Positions 1 through 7,606 of a stretch of 28,297 nucleotides of DNA are shown in pieces. The stretch is from positions 1 to 28,297 of the IMG/VR virus record IMGVR_UViG_3300033995_001128; one strand, given 5' to 3'. Source of the stretch: a virus. Lineage: Duplodnaviria; Caudoviricetes. Both the position numbers and the translations under genes were made by a program. The notes beneath the pieces are model-generated. The model saw only the letters and a list, made by a program, of their open reading frames with translations. It ran no database searches and was not told the origin of the DNA. Position 1 is the first letter of the stretch, and the number at the start of each line of letters is the position of its first letter.

Positions 1-2
1 AC

Positions 3-725
3 CTAGACGGTATTGCTCCAGGGCAATTGAAACTTACAAGTGATGTGGTTGCCAATATCCATTTAGGTAAAATTACTAAATGGAATGATCAAGCAATTAC
101 TAGTTTAAACCCTGGCATTACTTTACCCGCACAAGCAATCACTGTAGTACATCGTGCTGATGGATCAGGTACAACATTTATCTGGTGTGATTATCTAAGC
201 AAAACTAACGTGGAGTTTGGTAAAGTAGTTGGTGCTGCTACAGCAGTCAAGTGGCCTGTGGGCATTGGCGGCAAAGGTAACGAAGGTGTCGCAGCACAAG
301 TACAAAGAATCAAAGGTGCCTTTGGTTATGTGGAATACGCCTATGCTAAAAAGAACAAAATTGCTCACGCTCAATTGAAGAACCGTGATGGGAACTTTGT
401 TCAGCCAAGCGATGAAGCATTTAAAGCAGCAGCTGCCTATGCAGATTGGGACAATGCTCCGGGCATGTATTTGTTGTTGACAAATCAAATTGGTAAAGAT
501 TCATGGCCTGCAACAGGTGCCAGCTTTATCATAATGCACAAGCAACAGGCCGATCTACTAACCGGTCGTGCAATACTAAAATTCTTTGACTGGAGCTACA
601 AAAACGGTTCCAAGATGAGTGAAGAATTGGAGTATGTACATATGCCAGCTTCAGTGATTAAACTAGTACAGGACAATTGGAAAAAAGAACTTAAAGATCC
701 TAGTGGTCAGGCAATTTGGAAATAA
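3..725 (+). CDS. pstS: Phosphate ABC transporter substrate-binding protein PstS (5'-truncated by window)
   Basis: Frame is open from base 3 (LDGIAPGQLKLT...), so the true start lies upstream of the window. PstS motifs ITKWND, VVHRADGSGTTF, GGKGNEGVA, GYVEYAYA, FFDW. Confidence 0.95.
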   Translation, partial: LDGIAPGQLKLTSDVVANIHLGKITKWNDQAITSLNPGITLPAQAITVVHRADGSGTTFIWCDYLSKTNVEFGKVVGAATAVKWPVGIGGKGNEGVAAQVQRIKGAFGYVEYAYAKKNKIAHAQLKNRDGNFVQPSDEAFKAAAAYADWDNAPGMYLLLTNQIGKDSWPATGASFIIMHKQQADLLTGRAILKFFDWSYKNGSKMSEELEYVHMPASVIKLVQDNWKKELKDPSGQAIWK

Positions 726-733
726 GGATTATT

Positions 734-2137
734 ATGAAAAAAATTACTATTATATCACTCTTAGCACTATGCTTTGCGTCACCTGCAATGGCAGATGATT
801 ACACCGATACTTTGGATATTCTTTTGCAAAAAGGAATATTAACCAAGGAAGAACATTATAGAAAAGTTACCGCGCACGAGGACAAAGCAGAAAATGTACA
901 GTTTAATTCTTCTCGCGTGGACAAAGACCTGCGAGACAACAACAACTACAGACTAAGTAAAGCCAGTGATGGTGCTGTAATGGAAAACGGACTAGGAATC
1001 AAATCCAAGGACGGAAATACCACTGCACAATTCACAGGTAGAATTCACATGGATTATAGAAGTTATAGTCCAGTCTACGGTGCAGGTCAAACGACAGACT
1101 CATATCAAGATGCATTAGAAGTTAGACGTGGTCGCTTTGGAGTTAGAGGACAGATTGCTAAAGACTTCAAATACCAATTGTTAGCAAACTTTGGAAATGA
1201 TGTTGGCGCTAGTTCTACTACATCCACAATAGATGAATTCTGGGTCAATTATGCAGCCAATCCTGCTATGCAGTTTCAGTTTGGTACCTTCAAAATGCCG
1301 TTTAGTTTAGAGCAACTAACTAGCTCTAATAACATTGACTTTATGGAGCGTAGTTTAATTGGACAAACTGAAGGTGAGTTTATTCCAGCTAAAGAAACGG
1401 GCGTCATGTTACACGGTGTGCCTAGAGCAGGTATAACTTATGCACTGGCTGCAAGCCGTGGTCGTGCCAACAAGACTGCCTCTGTAGATGGGGTAGATAT
1501 TATTGGACGTGTGACCACAAACTTTGCTGAGTTAATTCAGAACAAAGACTTTGTGGCTCATTTAGGTGCAGCATACAGTACCGGCGATGTAAAAACTGGA
1601 GTAACTCCTTCAAGTGGGCGTACTGAAGCTCGTCAACAAAGTGCCTGGTTCACAGGGCCAGCTCTAAGCGGCGACACTACAAGAACACGCCAAGGTATTG
1701 AGGCAGCGTTTGCTTGGAAAGGCCTGAAAGTACAGGGCGAGCAGTTTAATTACAAATATGACCCGGCTACAGGATCCAATCAAGAAGTGAAAGGTAACTA
1801 TGTTCAGTTGGTATACAATTTAACTGGAGAAAGCCATGCTTACAAAGATGGCGCATTTGGTTGGATCAAACCAAACAACGCATTTACCAGTGGTGGTCCT
1901 GGAGCATGGCAAGTGGGTATTAGATCCAGCGAGTTTGATGCTGAAAAAATTGCAGTAGTATCAGGTAAAGCGAATCAAGCTACAGCAATGACATACGGTA
2001 TTACTTGGTTCTTAAATGACAATGTTCGTTTTATGGTCAATTATGTAGACACCAAATTCAATGCCCCAGTGGGTGCGTCGGGTAGTAGAGTAAATGGTGA
2101 AAAAGCAGTTATGTTGCGCAGCCAAATAAGCTTCTAA
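734..2137 (+). CDS. Phosphate-selective outer membrane porin, OprO/OprP family
   Basis: ATG at 734 after AAGGA. Signal peptide MKKITIISLLALCFASPAMA; motifs RRGRFGVRG, GTFKMPFSLEQLTSSNNIDFMERS, GAWQVGIR, GITWFLN; C-terminal Phe typical of beta-barrels. Directly downstream of pstS. Confidence 0.88.
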   Translation: MKKITIISLLALCFASPAMADDYTDTLDILLQKGILTKEEHYRKVTAHEDKAENVQFNSSRVDKDLRDNNNYRLSKASDGAVMENGLGIKSKDGNTTAQFTGRIHMDYRSYSPVYGAGQTTDSYQDALEVRRGRFGVRGQIAKDFKYQLLANFGNDVGASSTTSTIDEFWVNYAANPAMQFQFGTFKMPFSLEQLTSSNNIDFMERSLIGQTEGEFIPAKETGVMLHGVPRAGITYALAASRGRANKTASVDGVDIIGRVTTNFAELIQNKDFVAHLGAAYSTGDVKTGVTPSSGRTEARQQSAWFTGPALSGDTTRTRQGIEAAFAWKGLKVQGEQFNYKYDPATGSNQEVKGNYVQLVYNLTGESHAYKDGAFGWIKPNNAFTSGGPGAWQVGIRSSEFDAEKIAVVSGKANQATAMTYGITWFLNDNVRFMVNYVDTKFNAPVGASGSRVNGEKAVMLRSQISF

Positions 2138-2248
2138 ATTTTTTAATCAAATCGAGCACAACCATAGAGTGCTACTGGAACTCGTAACCAGACATTGTTT
2201 GTTCTTTAAGGTTTCATAGGTAATATATAATGTATAGGGAGTTGATAA

Positions 2249-2509
2249 ATGCCATTTTACGATTTTAGATGTTCTGAGTGCGACACCATGTTTACTGTCA
2301 TGTGTAAGATATCCGAAAGGGAATCGCAGGTTTGCCCATCATGCGATTCGAAAAACTACAAAACACATCACGCAGGCATGGCTGCTTTGGGAGATCCTGT
2401 GCGGCTAGGTATAAGAACTGTGGATAATGGTTTTCGAGAAGTACTATCAAAAATTAACTCTGCTAATGGTAGAAAAGCTAATCTTAAAGACAAATTGAGT
2501 AGAAATTAA
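2249..2509 (+). CDS. FmdB-family zinc-ribbon protein
   Basis: MPFYDFRCSEC...CPSC matches the MPxYxYxCxxC...CPxC pattern; GGGAG RBS upstream. Confidence 0.85.
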   Translation: MPFYDFRCSECDTMFTVMCKISERESQVCPSCDSKNYKTHHAGMAALGDPVRLGIRTVDNGFREVLSKINSANGRKANLKDKLSRN

Positions 2510-2538
2510 ATTATGGCAATTCTTGTTTTAATCGTTTG

Positions 2539-2570
2539 GGAGGACAGAATCTAGCTGTCCTCCTTTCGTT
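2539..2570 (+). terminator. GC-rich hairpin with short U-tract (possible intrinsic terminator/attenuator) before phoH
   Basis: GGAGGACAG (2539-2547), 7-nt loop, CTGTCCTCC (2555-2563): a perfect 9-bp stem followed by TTTCGTT. Confidence 0.5.
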
Positions 2571-2589
2571 CCATTTTACGAGGGCATTC

Positions 2590-3348
2590 ATGGCAAAAAC
2601 AAAAAGCAATATTCAAACTCAATCTATTCAAAAGCCTCAACTGACTATTGCAAATAATACTAAACTTAAAATACGAATAGATGACCTTAAGGTAATAGAA
2701 CCATTAACTGATAATCAGAAAGGATTTTTTGAAGCCTACGATAAATCTAAGATCATGTTATTACACGGTATCGCCGGTACAGGTAAAACCTATATTGCGC
2801 TTTATCATGCAATAGAAGAAGTTTTAGATAAATCTAATAACAGTTATGAAAAGGTAGTAATAGTAAGATCTGCCGTGCCAAGCAGAGACATTGGACATTT
2901 ACCCGGAGACGAGAAGGAAAAAACTGAAGTATATACAGAGCCCTACGTAGAGATATGTTCAGATTTATTTAATCGTACAGATGCATATCAAAGATTAACA
3001 GAACAGAAAGCAATACAATTTTTAATCACATCTTATGTTCGAGGTATTACATTAGATAACGCAGTTATTATTGTGGATGAATGCCAAAATATGACTGATA
3101 TGGAACTTAATTCGATTATCACTAGAGTAGGAGAAAAATCAAAAATTATATTCTGTGGAGATTTTAGACAAACCGATTTATATAAGAAAACCGATATGTC
3201 GGGATTGAAGAAGTTTATGCGAATTGCGGATATGATGCCTAGCTTTAAGACTTTTGAATTTGGAGTTGACGACATCGTAAGATCTGCGATAGTAAAGGAA
3301 TATATATTGGCAAGGCTTCAGTACGAAAGTATTTACGAAGCAATATAA
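2590..3348 (+). CDS. phoH: PhoH-family ATPase
   Basis: ATG at 2590 after GAGGG is preferred to TTG 2536, which lies in the hairpin. Walker A GIAGTGKT, GHLPG, YVRGITL, IIVDECQN, ITRVGE..KIIFCGD.RQTD. Confidence 0.95.
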   Translation: MAKTKSNIQTQSIQKPQLTIANNTKLKIRIDDLKVIEPLTDNQKGFFEAYDKSKIMLLHGIAGTGKTYIALYHAIEEVLDKSNNSYEKVVIVRSAVPSRDIGHLPGDEKEKTEVYTEPYVEICSDLFNRTDAYQRLTEQKAIQFLITSYVRGITLDNAVIIVDECQNMTDMELNSIITRVGEKSKIIFCGDFRQTDLYKKTDMSGLKKFMRIADMMPSFKTFEFGVDDIVRSAIVKEYILARLQYESIYEAI

Positions 3349-3361
3349 AATAGGAGAAGGT

Positions 3362-3913
3362 ATGAGTATGAATCAAATATATGAAATTGAGAATTTTTTA
3401 ACTGAAGACGAATGCGATAACATCGTAAGATGGTTTGCAAGTACTCCAAAAATGAGTACCAACGGACAATCTCTCTTCAATGGTAAGGCAATTGACTATA
3501 GTAATATTCAAAATTATGATATTAAACGAATAGTAAGTACATTCAAATATAATGCTACAAGTGAAGCTAGGCGTTTATTTCAAGAGGAATACTTATACCC
3601 CGATTATACAACATTGGTATTATGGGAAAGCGGCTCAGGCATGGTTGTCCATGCGGATAATAGTGACTTAGAAGGCAATTCAAATTATTGCGGATGGAGA
3701 AATTACTCAGGAGTGCTTTACTTAAATGATGATTTTATGGGTGGGGAAACTTTCTTTCCAGAACACGGGCCTCTATTCATAAAACCAATGAAAGGAAAAT
3801 TAGCATTGTATCCTTCTGGACTTAAACACAAACACGGTGTTAGCACCGTAGTAGGAACAAGATATACATTGCCTATCTGGTTTACAACTAATAAACAATA
3901 TACTGAAGTATAA
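3362..3913 (+). CDS. 2OG-Fe(II) oxygenase (prolyl 4-hydroxylase-like)
   Basis: IENFLTEDEC, HxD (HAD), SGVLYLNDDFMGGETFF, HGV..V..GTRY. Confidence 0.9.
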   Translation: MSMNQIYEIENFLTEDECDNIVRWFASTPKMSTNGQSLFNGKAIDYSNIQNYDIKRIVSTFKYNATSEARRLFQEEYLYPDYTTLVLWESGSGMVVHADNSDLEGNSNYCGWRNYSGVLYLNDDFMGGETFFPEHGPLFIKPMKGKLALYPSGLKHKHGVSTVVGTRYTLPIWFTTNKQYTEV

Positions 3914-3923
3914 GGAGAATTGA

Positions 3924-4775
3924 ATGGCATTTAGCTTTGACTTTACGGCGGACAAATTAAAAAAATGTGTACCGAACAATAAAAATCCAAACGACTTATT
4001 TAAAGCATTGGAAAATGTTTTACCTAAATATGATATTACCACAAAGGAACGAGTAGCAGGATTCCTCGCACAATGTGGACATGAATCAAATGAATTTACG
4101 GTACTTAAAGAAAATTTAAATTATGGCGCCAAGGGGTTGCGAGCAACATTTTCTAAATATTTTCCAGATGATGCAACTGCTGCTAAGTATGAAAAACAAC
4201 CTGAGAAAATTGCAAATAAAATTTATGGTGGTCGTATGGGCAATGGGCCTGAAGCATCAGGTGACGGATATAAGTACAGAGGTCGCGGAGCAATTCAATT
4301 AACGGGACATGATAACTACAAAGCCTTTTCTACCGCAATTGGTAAATCTATTGATGAGACTATTACCTATTTAGAAACATTGGCAGGGGCAATTGAGTCT
4401 GCCGCTTGGTTTTGGAAAAAGAATGGTCTAAATGAAATTGCGGATAAAAAAGATTTAGTATTAATGACTAAGCGAATTAATGGTGGCACGATTGGGTTAG
4501 AAGATCGCAAAAAACATTGGGAACACGCATTAGATGTATTCGGCGGAAGCTCCGTAGCAGATGTCGGTAAAGCTGTAACAGAACTTGTTCTTGAAACTAT
4601 TAAGGTTGGTAGTAAAGGCGAAGTGGTGAAAAAGGTTCAAGAAAAACTTGGTCTTACAGCGGATGGAACTTTTGGACCTGGAACCGAAAAAGCATTAAAA
4701 GCCTGGCAAACATCAAATGGTCTTACAGCAGATGGAATCGCAGGTCCGGCAACCCTAAAGAAGATTTTAGGGTAA
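3924..4775 (+). CDS. Endolysin: glycoside hydrolase family 19 domain plus C-terminal peptidoglycan-binding domain
   Basis: FLAQCGHES, ENLNY, GDGYKYRGRGAIQLTG..NY, SAAWFW, TKRINGG..GLEDR; C-terminal PG_binding_1-like repeats ADGTFGPGT and ADGIAGPAT. Confidence 0.92.
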   Translation: MAFSFDFTADKLKKCVPNNKNPNDLFKALENVLPKYDITTKERVAGFLAQCGHESNEFTVLKENLNYGAKGLRATFSKYFPDDATAAKYEKQPEKIANKIYGGRMGNGPEASGDGYKYRGRGAIQLTGHDNYKAFSTAIGKSIDETITYLETLAGAIESAAWFWKKNGLNEIADKKDLVLMTKRINGGTIGLEDRKKHWEHALDVFGGSSVADVGKAVTELVLETIKVGSKGEVVKKVQEKLGLTADGTFGPGTEKALKAWQTSNGLTADGIAGPATLKKILG

Positions 4776-4782
4776 ATTTGTA

Positions 4783-4811
4783 TAGACTTTTGTATCTTAG
4801 AATGTTATAAT
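4783..4811 (+). promoter_or_regulatory. Sigma70-type early promoter
   Basis: TAGACT (4783-4788), 17 bp spacer, TATAAT (4806-4811) with extended -10 TG; intergenic. Confidence 0.7.
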
Positions 4812-4831
4812 ATATTTTTAGTGAGGTGATC

Positions 4832-5185
4832 ATGTCAATGCAGTTAGATGTTAAAATGTTTCTACTAGCCTGTCAACAAACACAGTCGACGGATGAAAAT
4901 GTTAGTTTATACGCAAAATTAATTGAAGAAGAATTTAATGAATTCTTAGTAGCGTATAAAGAGAATGACAATGTAGAGCAACTAGATGCGTGCATGGATA
5001 TGATCTGGGTTATCCTTGGTTATTGCCATATGAAGAAATTTGACATTAAAGGTGCCTGGGAAGAGGTTGCACGAAGCAACCTCTCCAAAATTGATTCTAA
5101 CACAGGTATGGTTTTGCGAAGAGACGATGGTAAAATTTTAAAACCCGCAAACTGGACTCCGCCAAATTTAACTAGATTTGTATGA
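4832..5185 (+). CDS. MazG-like / all-alpha NTP pyrophosphohydrolase
   Basis: ATG 4832 after GAGG. LIEEEFNE...EQLDACMDMIWV...EVARSNLSK...RRDDGKILKP motifs. Confidence 0.85.
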   Translation: MSMQLDVKMFLLACQQTQSTDENVSLYAKLIEEEFNEFLVAYKENDNVEQLDACMDMIWVILGYCHMKKFDIKGAWEEVARSNLSKIDSNTGMVLRRDDGKILKPANWTPPNLTRFV

Positions 5186-5841
5186 TTTTTACTCATGTTG
5201 ATATAGGGGAATTGCCTAAATTAAATCGAGTAACTCGAGAAGATGGAGTTAGAACATATGAAACTCCTACCGGGGAAAAGTATCCGTCTGTTACTACAGT
5301 TACCGGATTATTAAAACGAGATATAATTAAAGCATGGCGAGCTCGTGTAGGTAATGAAGCAGCCAATAAGATTAGCACCACTGCCAGTAAACGAGGTACT
5401 CGAATACATACATTATGTGAGCAATATCTGTATAATCAAGATATTGCTCCTAGTGTGTTCGATACTCAAAATTGGACAGAGATTAAACCCTATCTACATA
5501 AGATAGACAATATCCATGTTATGGAAAAATCTCTATTTTCTCATCATTTACAAATTGCAGGGACCGTAGATTGCATAGGTGAATATGAAGGAAAGTTATC
5601 GGTAATAGATTTTAAAACATCTAAGCGGAATAAAACACGCGCCGATATTCACGATTACTTTATGCAATGTTCTGCTTATGCGGTAGCATATGAGGAGATG
5701 ACCGGTAATCCGGTTTCTCAATTAGTAATTATAATTTCAACCGACGATCACGGTATTCTAGTTTTTAAAGAAAAACGAAACACGTGGATCAACGGGTTTA
5801 AAGATTTGAGAGATATATATAGGAAAGAATTTAATATCTAA
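5182..5841 (+). CDS. PD-(D/E)XK exonuclease (Cas4-like phage exonuclease family)
   Basis: YPSVTTV, RGTRIH, AGTVDC, VIDFKTS, QCSAY. ATGA overlap with the upstream gene. Confidence 0.88.
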   Translation: MIFTHVDIGELPKLNRVTREDGVRTYETPTGEKYPSVTTVTGLLKRDIIKAWRARVGNEAANKISTTASKRGTRIHTLCEQYLYNQDIAPSVFDTQNWTEIKPYLHKIDNIHVMEKSLFSHHLQIAGTVDCIGEYEGKLSVIDFKTSKRNKTRADIHDYFMQCSAYAVAYEEMTGNPVSQLVIIISTDDHGILVFKEKRNTWINGFKDLRDIYRKEFNI

Positions 5842-5848
5842 ATAAATA
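5841..5848 (+). promoter_or_regulatory. Possible T4-like late promoter variant (AATAAATA)
   Basis: One mismatch to TATAAATA, placed just before the GGAG RBS of ORF 5861. The same variant precedes gp25 and gp8. Confidence 0.35.
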
Positions 5849-5860
5849 GCGGAGACTAAT

Positions 5861-6019
5861 ATGTCTGTTTATGTTTTATTTGTAGTACTACTATCTCAAG
5901 ATGTAGAACAAGAGTGGAAATCATATCCTAGATTTGAAGAATGTTGGGAAGCAGCAACTGCTATAGTAAAAAACAGAAATGATATTATTGCTAGATGTGT
6001 GTTACGTGAAACAGAATAA
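5861..6019 (+). CDS. Small hypothetical protein (52 aa), hydrophobic N-terminus
   Basis: Read by hand: MSVYVLFVVLLSQDVEQEWKSYPRFEECWEAATAIVKNRNDIIARCVLRETE*. GGAG RBS; below the ORF-track cutoff. Confidence 0.65.
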   Translation: MSVYVLFVVLLSQDVEQEWKSYPRFEECWEAATAIVKNRNDIIARCVLRETE

Positions 6020-6133
6020 ATGTGCGACCAAACAGGAGATTTTTTGGTTGGATTCATTCTAGGAACTACGCTAATATGTACTATTAATTTAGCAGTGTGG
6101 TTACTTTGGGATGAAGTAAAAGAATTATTGTAA
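6020..6133 (+). CDS. Small putative membrane peptide (37 aa)
   Basis: MCDQTGDFLVGFILGTTLICTINLAVWLLWDEVKELL*. ATG immediately follows the previous TAA; one TM-like stretch. Confidence 0.5.
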   Translation: MCDQTGDFLVGFILGTTLICTINLAVWLLWDEVKELL

Positions 6134-6441
6134 ACCCCGAAAGGGAAGAAGTTGACTGAAAGGTGTTCAAGACGCGGGTTCGATTCCCGCCAGGTCCACC
6201 ATAAAGTATATTAGTCAGGTGAGAAGCTTGGGTAAAGATTAGAGATCAACTAATCGCTAGTATATTTTATAATGGGCCTGCCATGGTTTCGATTGGGCAA
6301 TAAGTAACGATACAGACAATTCGGTAGGCGATGACCGTAAATCAAGCAAAATAGTAAATGCAAACGATAACTCGTATCGCATGGTAGCGTAAGCTACTCG
6401 CTGAGGTTTTTCCGGTTGTCCTTATCATCCAATCAACCGGA
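6134..6441 (+). ncRNA. ssrA: Two-piece (circularly permuted) tmRNA gene; outer ends approximate
   Basis: T-arm GCGGG-TTCGATT-CCCGC (6174-6190) and CAGGTCC-A-CCA (6191-6201) come before the 5' acceptor strand GGGCCTG (6274-6280). The two pair over 7 bp with a G3.U alanine determinant. Tag ORF GCA AAC GAT AAC ... TAA (6360-6392) = ANDNSYRMVA*. Confidence 0.92.
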
Positions 6442-6463
6442 TATGATTTTATTAAGGAAATAT

Positions 6464-7069
6464 ATGGCATTTGAAACAGATTTATATGAAGTTGTTCAGG
6501 GAGCAATTTCAAAAGATTTATTAGTACATCTAGATACAGAATTTGAACTAGTAAAAACTCTTCAGTATATGCAAAATAATACGCAACAAACCGAAGAGAA
6601 TAAATTTCTTTTTAATGATACACAAATCACAAATTCGTATTCATATTATTCTGCACTTTGTTTTGAATCTTTATCTCTTCAGCTTAAACCTCTATTAGAA
6701 ACGGTTACCGGCAAATTACTTAATCCCACATATACGTATGCTAGGATATACTACACCGGCGCTGAAATGGCAATCCATAAGGATAGACCAAGTTGCGAAT
6801 ACTCCACTACTATCTGCATTTCAAATGATCCAGAACCATGGGAAATTTGGTTTGAGACTTTAACCGGCGAACACAAAGCAATATATTTAGAACCAGGTGA
6901 CTTAATTGTTTACAAAGGAGATGTACTTAATCATTGGAGAACTCCTTATGCTGGTACTAGACAAACACAAGCATTCTTGCACTATATAGATAAAAAAGGT
7001 AAATTTAGGGATTACAAATATGATCACCGACCATACATTGGATATCCGGCAACTGGACGAAAGGCGTAA
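6464..7069 (+). CDS. 2OG-Fe(II) oxygenase superfamily protein
   Basis: ATG 6464 after AAGGA; the track start at 6416 lies inside the tmRNA 3' hairpin. PTYTYARIY..G..M..HKDRPSCEYS, PGDLIVYKG...HWR, QAFLHY. Confidence 0.85.
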   Translation: MAFETDLYEVVQGAISKDLLVHLDTEFELVKTLQYMQNNTQQTEENKFLFNDTQITNSYSYYSALCFESLSLQLKPLLETVTGKLLNPTYTYARIYYTGAEMAIHKDRPSCEYSTTICISNDPEPWEIWFETLTGEHKAIYLEPGDLIVYKGDVLNHWRTPYAGTRQTQAFLHYIDKKGKFRDYKYDHRPYIGYPATGRKA

Positions 7070-7072
7070 CCA

Positions 7073-7606
7073 ATGTCTTCATTAAAAGAATTAACTTTAG
7101 AAAAACACAAAGAAGCAGAAACTCAACCATTTATTAAATCTATTTTTAGTAAACAGGTAGATGTTAAAAAATATACTGATTATCTTTATCAACTTAGATT
7201 AATATATTTGCGGTTAGAATATTTAGCAGATGGATTGGGTATCTTCGAAGGAATAGAAGATATTAAGAGGGCAAAAGCGATAGAATTGGATTTTGCAGAA
7301 TTAGCAAATAATAATATGCAAATATATCTAATGAAAAATTCTACTGCAGCATATTTACAATATATTGAGTCCATTAAATTAGATAAAGATAAATTACTTG
7401 CACATATCTATGTTCGCCATATGGGTGATTTATTTGGAGGACAGGCATTAGCTAAATTATTACCTGGTCCTAACAATATGTTTAAGTTTAACGATATCCC
7501 CGGTCTTGCAGCTAAGATGAGAAGTAAATTAGATATTTCATTAGCAAATGAAGCAAATTTAGCATTTGACTTTAATATTGCTATGCTTAAGGACTTTAAT
7601 GATTGA
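7073..7606 (+). CDS. Heme oxygenase (HemO/Ho1-like)
   Basis: LKELT...H...E proximal His helix; AHIYVRHMGDLFGGQ distal signature; EANLAFDFN. Confidence 0.93.
   Translation: MSSLKELTLEKHKEAETQPFIKSIFSKQVDVKKYTDYLYQLRLIYLRLEYLADGLGIFEGIEDIKRAKAIELDFAELANNNMQIYLMKNSTAAYLQYIESIKLDKDKLLAHIYVRHMGDLFGGQALAKLLPGPNNMFKFNDIPGLAAKMRSKLDISLANEANLAFDFNIAMLKDFND

Noticed and set aside
5182-5841. Cas4-like nuclease as evidence of a CRISPR system
   Set aside because: No repeat-spacer array or other cas genes seen; this exonuclease family is common in T4-like phages.
6171-6201. Apparent tRNA fragment or attachment site (T-arm plus CCA)
   Set aside because: No anticodon arm; fully explained as the acceptor piece of the permuted tmRNA, and no integrase is nearby.
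6416-6463. Track N-terminal extension of the 2OG oxygenase (TTG start)
   Set aside because: Overlaps the tmRNA terminal hairpin; ATG 6464 has a proper RBS.
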